Origin: Thermoproteota archaeon
GTDB lineage: Archaea > Thermoproteota > Thermoprotei > Thermofilales > B9-G17
Direction: 5' to 3'
Length of the DNA stretch: 64,000 nucleotides
NCBI GenBank assembly: GCA_029258885.1
Contig: JAPDJW010000001.1
Location: 96,001-160,000, forward strand
Shown here: positions 1 to 9,042 of the stretch, in pieces
Layout of the letters: every line of letters starts with the position of its first letter
Numbering within the stretch: the stretch's first letter is position 1
The notes under the pieces: generated by a model
Database searches by the model: none
What the model was told of the DNA's origin: nothing
Seen by the model: only the letters and a program-made list of their open reading frames with translations
Position numbers and translations under genes: made by a program

Positions 1-378
1 AAGCGTGGGAGTAAGTCTGCTAATTTGGTTTAAAATAAATTTTACGGTGTTGGATTTTCCGCTTCCCGTAGATCCGAAAAGACATATGTGCCCTGGTTCA
101 AGTTTCATTACTACAGGAAAAATTCCGCTGAAGCCTAGCAAGATTCTACTGCCCTTAGAGAAAATTCTCCTATATAAATTAATCATAGTATTTTTACTTA
201 ATATAATTGGTATTAAAATACATAAAATAAATAGGTATAAAATATATTCTTTGTAAGAGCTTAATAAAGTTCCTCCGTTGCCGATATATGATAAGAATTT
301 TATGTTTTTCAGAGAAAATATGACCATTAAAGCTATAATACTCCATAAGATTCTAGTAGGAATATTGGTATTTTTCAT
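1..378 (-). CDS. Membrane-anchored HerA/FtsK/VirB4-like ATPase, N-terminal part (runs off window start; not in ORF track)
   Basis: Manual minus-strand translation from ATG 378 has no stop to base 1: MKNTNIPTRILWSIIALMVIF...YLFILCILIPIIL... (two hydrophobic helices), then HICLFGSTGSGKSNTVKFIL (Walker A of DUF87/HerA type). Confidence 0.75.
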   Translation of the reverse strand, partial: MKNTNIPTRILWSIIALMVIFSLKNIKFLSYIGNGGTLLSSYKEYILYLFILCILIPIILSKNTMINLYRRIFSKGSRILLGFSGIFPVVMKLEPGHICLFGSTGSGKSNTVKFILNQISRLTPTL

Positions 379-502
379 CAATACTTATTAATAAAATGGT
401 TTATAGAAGTGTAGCTTACAAGGGTAGCACTAATAATATTAGGGAGGACCCAAAATAGAGTTTTCAATATAAGTATAGGAACATTAAGCTAAAGAGGGGT
501 GT

Positions 503-1051
503 ATGATGAATAAAATAAAGGGTGTGCTGTACGACGACGGCGTAATAGTTTGGGACATTGAGAGTGCAAAGATGCTTTATAAGAATGGTTTTTATGGTAA
601 ATATTTGGGGGTTAGAAAGGCTAAAGAGCTGGAAATGGATAAGCCTCTTCAGCTTTCTCTAATTGAGGCAGTCTATTTATTTGAGAAAAATATATTAGAG
701 GTATATCTCGGAGGAAGAAAGCTCTCATACTATGAGTTAAGAAAAATAGCCTCCTCTAAAATACTGCTTTTCGAGGACATATACATAGTTTATAAAGATC
801 TGAGGGATCGCGGCTATGTAGTAAAATCTGGCATGAAGTTCGGAGCTACATTTGCCGTATATGAGCATGGCCCTGGAATAGATCATGCGCCTTTCCTTGT
901 ACATGTGCTTTCTTTTGAAGACGAATTGGATCCTCTAGAGATCGTGAGAGCTGGTAGGCTCTCACATTCGGTTCGTAAAAAATTTGTAATAGCAGTAGTA
1001 GACCCGATATCGAGAAAACCTTACTACTACATTTTTAAGTGGTTCGGTTAA
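503..1051 (+). CDS. endA: tRNA splicing endonuclease, catalytic (alpha) subunit
   Basis: LSLIEAVYL, VYKDLRDRGYVVKSGMKFGATFAVYEHGPGIDHAPFLV (catalytic Tyr/His) and RAGRLSHSVRKK (catalytic Lys). Confidence 0.95.
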   Translation: MMNKIKGVLYDDGVIVWDIESAKMLYKNGFYGKYLGVRKAKELEMDKPLQLSLIEAVYLFEKNILEVYLGGRKLSYYELRKIASSKILLFEDIYIVYKDLRDRGYVVKSGMKFGATFAVYEHGPGIDHAPFLVHVLSFEDELDPLEIVRAGRLSHSVRKKFVIAVVDPISRKPYYYIFKWFG

Positions 1052-1735
1052 CTATAATTTATTCAGTAATATTAGTCTGAAATCACTTACCGTATCTTCT
1101 ATTATATCCGAGGTATCCTCTAGCATATCGACTATTTCCTTTATAAGTATCGTTTGATGAAGGAGCTTCATTGTATCCAAGATTGCGAAGCTAGTTTTCC
1201 TATATTTCTCATCAATGTCTCGTTCCAAGTTTTCTATTTTTTCACAAAGTGTGAGGGAGTGTGGTGGATTAACTATTAGGGAGGAGGTCATAGCTATAAA
1301 CGTTTTAACCATTATTGAAAGGCTATCTAGAAGATCTAGTATGGAGGAGCTAATTCTTGTATCTATCTGCCATCCCTTTGTAATATAGTATTCCAGCCTA
1401 TACATAATGCCGAGCACTTTATCAGAAACGCTATAAACCTTGGCAGTGATTCTTATCCATTCCTCTTTATTCATTAATGCAGGATAAGTCTTAGAGATAT
1501 ACGCAAGAACATCTTTTCGAAGAATTTCGATTTCAGACTTTAGATCCTTTGCCTTATTGATAATTTCTGTCATACCGTTTTTCTCTATACTATTAGAATT
1601 GGTAACGATGTATCTCACTAATTCTAGCATATCGCTTATTTTTCGTGTTTCATTCACTATTATTTCAGCTATCCTATCGCCAGCTATCGCTATGATTCTG
1701 CCTCCTTCTACGTCTTCTCTATTCAGTTTCTCCAT
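1052..1735 (-). CDS. DUF47 / PhoU-like phosphate transport regulator
   Basis: Helical repeats IENLERDIDEKYR and EMLEDTSDIIED; ATG 1735 follows a GGTGGGG RBS (track start 1762 is an upstream TTG). Confidence 0.75.
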   Translation of the reverse strand: MEKLNREDVEGGRIIAIAGDRIAEIIVNETRKISDMLELVRYIVTNSNSIEKNGMTEIINKAKDLKSEIEILRKDVLAYISKTYPALMNKEEWIRITAKVYSVSDKVLGIMYRLEYYITKGWQIDTRISSSILDLLDSLSIMVKTFIAMTSSLIVNPPHSLTLCEKIENLERDIDEKYRKTSFAILDTMKLLHQTILIKEIVDMLEDTSDIIEDTVSDFRLILLNKL

Positions 1736-1895
1736 ATCTTCCCCACCAACATTAACTTCCAATAAGATTATATATTTAGCGTTCTTCGACGGAGGCTAAA
1801 GCCTCTATTTCTGTTTCAGCTACATAAGTATTCCTGAAGATAAACTTATATCTAAGTGCTAGAATTTCATCAGATAACTGAGCGGGGAGGATAAA

Positions 1896-2402
1896 ATGCC
1901 ATTAAGGCCGGGACGATGCTATAGACACTTTGGAACACCACCTTATACTCGTAAGGAGTACATTAAAAGTATACCTCCAGTCATGATTCCAAAGTTTGAC
2001 CTAGGCAACTTGAAAGGAGATTTTCCGGTCATAGTAAAATTGGTATCCAAGGAGGCCGGTCAAATACGTATGAACGCAATCGAGGCGGCTAGGATAATAT
2101 CGCATAAATACTTGGCATCAAAGGTAGGTGAAAATAACTATCACTTAAGGATAAGCATCTATCCTCACCACATTTTAAGGGAGAATAAAATGATGGCAAT
2201 GGCAGGAGCCGATAGATTGCAGGATGGCATGAGAAAGGCTTTCGGCACTCCAATAGGCAGGGCTGCTAGGGTTAGGGCAAACCAAGTATTGATGTATGTT
2301 AGAACATACCCCCAAAATATTGATAAGGCTAAAGAGGCGCTACGTAGAGCATCATCAAAACTACCTATTCCATCAAGAATAGAAATAGAATATCCTTCCT
2401 AA
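1896..2402 (+). CDS. rpl10e: 50S ribosomal protein L10e (uL16)
   Basis: MPLRPGRCYR...YTRKEYI, YPHHILRENKMMAMAGADRLQDGMRKAFG. Confidence 0.97.
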   Translation: MPLRPGRCYRHFGTPPYTRKEYIKSIPPVMIPKFDLGNLKGDFPVIVKLVSKEAGQIRMNAIEAARIISHKYLASKVGENNYHLRISIYPHHILRENKMMAMAGADRLQDGMRKAFGTPIGRAARVRANQVLMYVRTYPQNIDKAKEALRRASSKLPIPSRIEIEYPS

Positions 2403-2444
2403 AATAATATGGTTGTTATTAGAAGTACCTAGGGATTTGGAAGG

Positions 2445-3158
2445 ATGATATCCGCCATACATAGAGATAGGGTTAATATTTGTACAAAGATATGGAGTAG
2501 CATAGTAAAAGGCGATATATCGAGCAGGAAAAAAGCTAGGAAAGTATTAGCTACAGAATATAAGAAAAACAGCATTGAACCACTAAGAGGTAGATCCAAG
2601 ATAGATCTGGCAGACAAAGAGCTAATAACGTTATATCTCGTAGGAAAGTACGGCCTAGGATTATATAAGGAATACCCACTCGTTTTTAAGAAAATATTCA
2701 GTAAAGAGATAGTATTCGAGGAGGTATTAAACAAAATATTAGAGCATCCTGAAAAGGCGGAGGAAATACTCAAGGAGACTTATGGCAACAAATTAAACGA
2801 AAACATAATTTTTAGAATAATTAGGCTATGTTTCACAGCAATTGTCCTAGGTTTTAGAAGCGAAGACGACTTAGTTAAACTGGTAAGTATCTTAAAGAAA
2901 GTTTTCCCGGAACTACGTAAAAGATTTCTTAGCTTCATAAAATTCTACGTTGCATTTAGGATAGCCGAAAGAATAGTGGGGGGCGAACTTAGGAATAGGA
3001 TAGAGAAAGAGGCACTAAAACACTCCTTATGTATAAAATTTGGAGAAGAAAAATGTGCTCCATCCGATGATTTCATAAGATACATAGCAAAGGAGGTACT
3101 AAAGGGCGAGGAATACAAAATCAATAGGGTTTTCAAAACTGAGATAAACGTGATTTAA
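2445..3158 (+). CDS. Conserved crenarchaeal protein, DUF2192-like
   Basis: IEPLRGRSKIDLADKELITLYLVGKYGLGL and FIKFYVAFRIAE resemble the DUF2192 pattern as recalled. Confidence 0.65.
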   Translation: MISAIHRDRVNICTKIWSSIVKGDISSRKKARKVLATEYKKNSIEPLRGRSKIDLADKELITLYLVGKYGLGLYKEYPLVFKKIFSKEIVFEEVLNKILEHPEKAEEILKETYGNKLNENIIFRIIRLCFTAIVLGFRSEDDLVKLVSILKKVFPELRKRFLSFIKFYVAFRIAERIVGGELRNRIEKEALKHSLCIKFGEEKCAPSDDFIRYIAKEVLKGEEYKINRVFKTEINVI

Positions 3159-4207
3159 CGAGTAAGAATAACAATTCTAGGGTAAACGTCACCCTGTCTA
3201 ATTCTAAATTGATCTAGTACTGTAAACCCTAGATTTTCCGCTATATCCCTTATATTCTTCAACGATAATAGACAGGCTATACCTCCAGGAAATATTATGT
3301 TGCTCAATGCCTTAAGAAATCTTCTAAGGAACCTTTTCGACAATCTTATTCTAATACCGTAAGGTAGGTTTGAAATAATGTACCTAATTTTCACTCTAAA
3401 TAGTTTATCCATCAAAGTCGCATCGGAGACTATGAGATGCATCCTAGAGTATACGCCAGCCGCTAAAGCGTTCGTTTTCGCTCCGAGAACGTGCTTGAAG
3501 TTTATGTCTATTCCTATAAAATCGGATCCACATAGATCGTTAGCTGCTTCAATAAGTATAGTTCCGCTTCCACATAGAGGATCTAGAACTCTTTCTCCAT
3601 TCGATGGGTTTGCCAGAATAAACATGGAATATGCTATTATAGGATTAAGGGATGAAGGATGAATGTAAACTTTATATCCTCTATCCCTAAGCGAAACCTT
3701 GTATCCTGTAATATCTATGCATAGAAGAAAATGTTTCCGAGAAAATTCAGCATAGAAGGTTACGTCAGGATTATCTAAAATTACTGTGGGAGCAAAGCCA
3801 TAGTGTTTCTCCAAAATTTCAATAATTTTCTGACCCAGCAATCTAGCCAGCTCGCTTGAGGTTTGCTCCATTGTAGCTAGCTTATTAACTGAAACCCTAA
3901 AGCTCATAAATGGACTTATGTATTCGTGAAGCGGAATACTGCTTAAGCTAGAAATGAGTTCGTTAACATTACATGTTTCTTCGTTAAGGCGTACTTCATG
4001 GAGAATTAAATATATTTTTTCAACGGTTTTAACGTTGCGACACAATAAGTTAATAACGTTATCATCCTTTACACAACAAAAAACTCTGCCGCTCAGGCTG
4101 CTATAATGTACCTCCGTAATACTGTCTCCTAAGAGAGATCTGATCTCTCTAGCCACTATTTTCTCTAAACCCGGTACTGTAGTCAAAAGTAACTTAATCA
4201 CGAGCAT
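3155..4207 (-). CDS. THUMP-domain RNA methyltransferase (Trm14/TrmN-like, m2G6)
   Basis: N-terminal TTVPGLEKIVAREI; SLRDRGYKVYIHPSSLNPIIA; SAM motif VLDPLCGSGTILIEAA; SNLPYG. Confidence 0.85.
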   Translation of the reverse strand: MLVIKLLLTTVPGLEKIVAREIRSLLGDSITEVHYSSLSGRVFCCVKDDNVINLLCRNVKTVEKIYLILHEVRLNEETCNVNELISSLSSIPLHEYISPFMSFRVSVNKLATMEQTSSELARLLGQKIIEILEKHYGFAPTVILDNPDVTFYAEFSRKHFLLCIDITGYKVSLRDRGYKVYIHPSSLNPIIAYSMFILANPSNGERVLDPLCGSGTILIEAANDLCGSDFIGIDINFKHVLGAKTNALAAGVYSRMHLIVSDATLMDKLFRVKIRYIISNLPYGIRIRLSKRFLRRFLKALSNIIFPGGIACLLSLKNIRDIAENLGFTVLDQFRIRQGDVYPRIVILTR

Positions 4208-4595
4208 ATATGTAACTTAGAACCTTTAAAAAATGTTCATTAACAAATACTAAAATTTCCTCATTGCTCACGCTCTGAAAGTTATGGATCAGTATGCATG
4301 CAAATAAACCTGCTAGAACCCTTTGAAAATTCACATTGTCCATTGAAGCCTTCTCGATAACCATCAACCTATAGTCATCCATGTTTATATGAACTCCTTC
4401 AAAGACGTTAAGCCAATTATCATTACCCCTAAAATATTCATGAAAAGAGATTATAACCTCCTCCGGGAGAGAGAGACCACGTTTTAAGGCAAATGATGAA
4501 ACATAACGGGCTATCCTGCTAACCTCTTCCTTAAATACTTCGGATACATTACCTAAGATAGATAACATGATGTTCATTCCTAGTTTAGTTACCAA
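4194..4595 (-). CDS. Hypothetical protein
   Basis: 133-aa ORF overlapping the methyltransferase start; no recognisable motif. Confidence 0.5.
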   Translation of the reverse strand: MVTKLGMNIMLSILGNVSEVFKEEVSRIARYVSSFALKRGLSLPEEVIISFHEYFRGNDNWLNVFEGVHINMDDYRLMVIEKASMDNVNFQRVLAGLFACILIHNFQSVSNEEILVFVNEHFLKVLSYIYARD

Positions 4596-4663
4596 AGATC
4601 ATTATTAAATCCATTTCTCTTCAGCCATAAAGCTTTTAAATCCTCGTAGTACTAAATAATCGA

Positions 4664-4755
4664 GGGGCCGTAGCCCAGCAAGGCGACAAGCCCTGGAAAG
4701 GTAGGGCGTCCGGCTCCAGACCGGAAGGTCGGGGGTTCAAATCCCTCCGGCCCCA
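4664..4755 (+). tRNA. tRNA-Trp(CCA) with 18-nt D-loop intron (4681-4698)
   Basis: Acceptor GGGGCCG/CGGCCCC-A; anticodon arm TCCGG-CTCCAGA-CCGGA; T arm GGGGG-TTCAAAT-CCCTC; D-loop restored by BHB excision. Confidence 0.95.
4681..4698 (+). other. BHB tRNA intron at position 17/17a
   Basis: CCAG(4675-78):CTGG(4693-96) central helix, bulges CA|A and AA|A, inner helix GGC:GCC. Confidence 0.9.
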
Positions 4756-4771
4756 CCTTCTCGAAACAAAG

Positions 4772-4845
4772 GCCCCGGTGGCCTAGGCTGGTAGGGCACC
4801 TGCTTGGTAAGCAGGGGGTCGCGGGTTCGAGTCCCGCCCGGGGCT
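4772..4845 (+). tRNA. tRNA-Thr(GGT), intronless
   Basis: GCCCCGG/CCGGGGC acceptor; CCTGC-TTGGTAA-GCAGG; GCGGG-TTCGAGT-CCCGC. Confidence 0.95.
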
Positions 4846-5426
4846 TCTATATTGTACAAAGGATCGTGAGAACAGGCGCTAAAGTACCCCATAATATTCA
4901 AAGATAAATGCAGACAGTCACTGATTTAGAAAGGCTAGATAAACAGGGAAAAAGATAACTCGATTTATTTTTCCGAGAAAAATATAACTTAAGAGTATAC
5001 CATTATGTGAACAACCGAATTAATATATAAATGGGATTTATCATTTTTAGATGATGATGAATTTCGGCAAATAGGCGCTTTTCGAAGAGTTTACGGCCTT
5101 AAATATTTTAGCCCCTCTTTTTCTGCTTTTGTTTGTTGTTTCGCGTTAAACTATAACCAACTATATTTATACCTAATAATATTATGTGAGCAAGGCATGA
5201 TATTAATTCCGTTAACATTCAAGATGTATAAAAGAGCTGTTAAAACAGCCGAAAGAGAAGGATTGAAATACTTGATGCCAGTGTAATAATTTTCTCACTC
5301 AAGCAGACTTAGAGATTGCCTTACTACTTCCTTACAAAAGGTCACTTGGAAGATGTTGCTTTAGAATTATTTTCCTTTATGCCCTTTGATCTTTTGTTAT
5401 ATGGTGTCTCATTTACCAACGATATT

Positions 5427-5747
5427 TTATTGTTTCTTTTTATAGGGATACCTCATGTATCGCTTACATTTAAAACAGTATATAACTACATGCGGTTCTC
5501 TCTTCTGTCTTAACCTAACTCTACAGTTAAAGCCCGGAATTAATAATTGTTTGCAATGCTTACATATCCTCCTTTTTAATTCTTTTGGAATTCTAACGTT
5601 TGTTCTCCTGGAAATTCTTAAGGCTATATCTATGTACCTTTGCCCCAGCTCTCTATTTTCCCTATATATTTTCTCCGCCATCGAAAATAGAATTTCTATT
5701 CTCTGCCTCGCTATATCTCTAATAAATTTTCTTCTCCTCTCTTTCAA
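5427..5747 (-). CDS. rnp4: Ribonuclease P protein component 4 (Rpp21)
   Basis: IARQRIEILF, KRRICKHCKQLLIPG and YCFKCKRYMRYP Zn ribbon. Confidence 0.95.
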   Translation of the reverse strand: MKERRRKFIRDIARQRIEILFSMAEKIYRENRELGQRYIDIALRISRRTNVRIPKELKRRICKHCKQLLIPGFNCRVRLRQKREPHVVIYCFKCKRYMRYPYKKKQ

Positions 5748-5828
5748 GCCATCTCCCTACTATTCTGGTACTCGTCTAAGAGAAAGTTTTAAATAACGTT
5801 CTCATAAATTTTCGCAGGGGGTCTTATA

Positions 5829-8309
5829 ATGTCTGTCCCTAGGGAAAAGAGGCTAGTCTTATGGTTTGAGGAATTAAGTAAGGATGATGTACCATTAGTT
5901 GGAGGTAAGAATGCAAATCTCGGCGAAATGATTAACGCCGGAATACCGGTACCACCGGGTTTCGCCGTAACAGCTTATGCATACAAACGATTTATAGAGG
6001 AAACAGGCATTAAGGATAAGATCTATGAGATTCTAAGAGAGGAGATAAAGGAGGGAAAGCCTGAAGAATATCAAAATGCCAGCAAGAAAATTAGGGAGCT
6101 AATTGAAAACACGAAGATTCCCGAGGATATCGAGAATGCCATTAGGGAAGCGTATAGGGAGCTGTGTAAGAGAGTTGGAAAAGATGAGGAATTCGTGGCT
6201 GTAAGAAGCAGTGCTACGGCCGAGGACCTTCCAGGCGCAAGCTTCGCTGGTCAACAGGAAACATACCTAAACGTAAAGGGAGAAGACGAGGTCGTTAAAA
6301 AAGTACTTAAGTGCTGGTCGAGCCTCTTTACTCCCAGAGCAATATTTTACAGGGAAGAGAAAGGCTTCAAGCATGAAAAGGTCCTTATAAGCGTAGCTGT
6401 CCAGAAGATGGTTAATGCTAAGGCAGCTGGAGTAATGTTCACGATACATCCAGTAACTGGCGATCGTGACAAAATATTGATTGAAGGAAATTGGGGTCTA
6501 GGAGAAGCTGTAGTAAGTGGATCTGTTACACCGGACGAGTGGGTCGTTGACAAGAATACCCTTGAAATATTAGAGAGAAGAATAGTCGAGAAAACCGTTG
6601 AATACATAAGAGATCCTGTCACAGGCAGGACTATTCATGCAGAAGTCCCTCCGGAAAGGAGGAAAGTTCCGTGTCTAACAGATGAGGAAGTTAAAAAGCT
6701 AGCAGAGCTTGCCAAGAAAATAGAGGAACATTATAAGCATCCACAGGATATAGAATGGGCCATTGATAGAGATCTGCCTTTTCCAGAAAATGTTTTCATC
6801 GTACAATCTCGACCGGAAACTGTATGGAGCGTTAAGAAACCCGAGAAGGCGGAGGAGGTTGAGGTTAAGGTTACTGAGGAAAAGAAGGTCGTTGTAAGGG
6901 GTCTGCCGGCTAGCCCAGGCATAGCTTGGGGTAAAGCAAAGGTAGCATTCTCTCCCGAAGAGGCAGCTAAGATAATGGAGGAGGGAGATATCCTGGTTAC
7001 CGTGATGACCAATCCAGACTGGGTACCATACATGAGGATTGCCTCAGCTATAATTACAGATGAAGGCGGTATGACCTGCCACGCAGCTATTGTCAGTAGA
7101 GAACTAGGTATACCAGCAATAGTTGGAACAAGAGAAGCCACTAAAGTCATGAAAACGGGCGAAACATACACTGTCGATGCAAAGACTGGAGTAGTATACG
7201 AGGGTCTCGTAGAAGAACTTGTAAAGGTCAAGGAAGAGAAGGCTAAGCCTACACTTGAAGGCTTACCACCTATAGAACTCGTAATCAAGCCACCAACAGG
7301 AACAAAAATCTACATGAACCTAGGAGTACCGGAGAAAATAACCGAATATAAGGATCTACCTTTCGATGGAATAGGCTTAATGAGGATAGAGTTCATACTG
7401 GCAAGCTACATAGGAGAACACCCACTATATCTGCTTGAAATAGGCCAGGGAAAGAAGTTTGTCGACAAGCTAGCTGATGGAATAGCTATGGTTGCCAGAG
7501 AGATCTATCCGAGACCTGTTGTCGTTAGATTGAGCGACTTCAAGACGAATGAGTATAGGCAGTTGAAAGGAGGAGAAAAGTACGAGCCACACGAAGATAA
7601 TCCAATGATCGGATGGAGAGGAGTAAGCAGATACATAAGTCCACAATACGAGAAAGCCTTCAGGCTAGAAGCTAAAGCAATACTTAAAGTTAGGGAGGAA
7701 TACGGCCTTACTAACGTATGGGTGATGGCGCCCTTCGTAAGAACTCTATGGGAAGCTGAGAAATTCATCAAGCTCCTTACAGAGGAAGGCTTAGAAAGCG
7801 GAAGAGACTTCAAGATATGGGCAATGGCAGAAGTTCCCAGCGTAATATTCCTTGCGGATGAATTCAGTAAATATTTCGATGGATTTAGCATTGGATCCAA
7901 TGACCTAACACAATTAACGTTAGGAACCGACAGGGATTCTGCCATTCTTCCTAAGATAGATAAGAGATATTTCGATGAGAGAGATCCTGCAGTAAAGAGG
8001 GCAATAGCGATACTTATAGAGAAAGCACATAACAACCCCTACAAGTACTGTACAGTATCGATATGTGGGCAAGCTCCATCAGTATATCCGGAATTCGCAG
8101 CATTCCTTGTTAGACAAGGAATAGATAGCATCAGTGTAAATCCAGACGTAGTGGTACGGACAAGACACCTAGTAGCGGCAGTAGAAAGAAGAATATTGCT
8201 CGAGAAAGCTCTAGGCGTAGAACACTACGACGAAGACCTAGGATGGGTACTCGAGCTCAAAAGCAAGAAGACAACCAAGTTTAAACCGCGTAGAATAGAC
8301 GAAATATAG
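5829..8309 (+). CDS. ppsA: Phosphoenolpyruvate synthase
   Basis: VGGKNANLGEM, VAVRSSATAEDLPGASFAGQQET, phospho-His motif GGMTCHAAIVSRELG, SIGSNDLTQL. Confidence 0.97.
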   Translation: MSVPREKRLVLWFEELSKDDVPLVGGKNANLGEMINAGIPVPPGFAVTAYAYKRFIEETGIKDKIYEILREEIKEGKPEEYQNASKKIRELIENTKIPEDIENAIREAYRELCKRVGKDEEFVAVRSSATAEDLPGASFAGQQETYLNVKGEDEVVKKVLKCWSSLFTPRAIFYREEKGFKHEKVLISVAVQKMVNAKAAGVMFTIHPVTGDRDKILIEGNWGLGEAVVSGSVTPDEWVVDKNTLEILERRIVEKTVEYIRDPVTGRTIHAEVPPERRKVPCLTDEEVKKLAELAKKIEEHYKHPQDIEWAIDRDLPFPENVFIVQSRPETVWSVKKPEKAEEVEVKVTEEKKVVVRGLPASPGIAWGKAKVAFSPEEAAKIMEEGDILVTVMTNPDWVPYMRIASAIITDEGGMTCHAAIVSRELGIPAIVGTREATKVMKTGETYTVDAKTGVVYEGLVEELVKVKEEKAKPTLEGLPPIELVIKPPTGTKIYMNLGVPEKITEYKDLPFDGIGLMRIEFILASYIGEHPLYLLEIGQGKKFVDKLADGIAMVAREIYPRPVVVRLSDFKTNEYRQLKGGEKYEPHEDNPMIGWRGVSRYISPQYEKAFRLEAKAILKVREEYGLTNVWVMAPFVRTLWEAEKFIKLLTEEGLESGRDFKIWAMAEVPSVIFLADEFSKYFDGFSIGSNDLTQLTLGTDRDSAILPKIDKRYFDERDPAVKRAIAILIEKAHNNPYKYCTVSICGQAPSVYPEFAAFLVRQGIDSISVNPDVVVRTRHLVAAVERRILLEKALGVEHYDEDLGWVLELKSKKTTKFKPRRIDEI

Positions 8310-8418
8310 AAGGCTATTTTTGGATTTCATTTTCATGAATTATTTTTGAACTGTTTTTCTGCCCGGTTTCATAGATAAATTTATATCTTTTAGTGATACT
8401 AATGAGCGGGGTGATCCT

Positions 8419-8598
8419 TTGGCTTCAAGTATTACCGTGCCCATATGTTCATCGTGCGGCAGACCTATCCCACCACATGAGAGAGGCGTAAAATTTAGAT
8501 GTCCAAACTGCGGCGGCACCATTATATGGAGATGCAGTAAGTGCAGAAAACTAGTTAATAAATACATGTGTCCTAAATGTGGTTTTGTAGGGCCTTGA
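8419..8598 (+). CDS. Small Zn-ribbon protein, DUF1610/HVO_2753 family (59 aa, TTG start; not in ORF track)
   Basis: MASSITVPICSSCGRPIPPHERGVKFRCPNCGGTIIWRCSKCRKLVNKYMCPKCGFVGP; four CxxC; GGGGTGA RBS; usual position upstream of ef1b. Confidence 0.9.
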   Translation: MASSITVPICSSCGRPIPPHERGVKFRCPNCGGTIIWRCSKCRKLVNKYMCPKCGFVGP

Positions 8599-8613
8599 GG
8601 GAAGGTGGATAAG

Positions 8614-8886
8614 ATGGCTAGATTAATAGTTACCGTAAAAATTATGCCGAGCGATATAAACGTTAACTTAAAGGACGTCTATGAGCAATTAAAGTCTACC
8701 CTTCCTAAGGAATATTCAGTGTTAAACTACGAAATAGTGCCGATAGCCTTCGGTCTAAAATCACTGCTAGTAAATATTTCGATGCCTGAGGAGAAAGAGG
8801 GAGGAACAAGCGAGTTAGAAGACATAATTTCCAATATGGATAACGTGCAAAGCGTAGAAGTACTTAGAGTATCTAGAACCTTCTAA
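8614..8886 (+). CDS. ef1b: Elongation factor 1-beta
   Basis: VTVKIMPSDINVNL, PIAFGLKSL, NVQSVEV. Confidence 0.95.
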   Translation: MARLIVTVKIMPSDINVNLKDVYEQLKSTLPKEYSVLNYEIVPIAFGLKSLLVNISMPEEKEGGTSELEDIISNMDNVQSVEVLRVSRTF

Positions 8887-9042
8887 TTTTCTTCACGTCA
8901 TATTCAGCGTTTGCACCCTACATCATCCTAAAATCAGTCGAATAATAGTTAATTTTACCAATATTTATACCTATACTTTAGATACGTTTCATAACGGGGG
9001 ATGGAGAAGTTATTAAGGAAGTAAGCATAAAATACCGAGGGG

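Noticed and set aside
5-256. Plus-strand 83-aa ORF in the track
   Set aside because: It is the antisense shadow of the minus-strand Walker A ATPase gene.
4850-5420. AT-rich gap after tRNA-Thr with a start-less frame (5032-5286) faintly like a PIN/VapC fragment
   Set aside because: No in-frame start, no clear acidic PIN motif and no integrase or att repeat; too weak to call.
5829-8309. Inteins or further mRNA introns in ppsA, cdc48, polB3, rpoB and rpoA
   Set aside because: Lengths and motifs are collinear with standard homologs by eye; no extra inserts were seen, though short in-frame ones could be missed without alignment.
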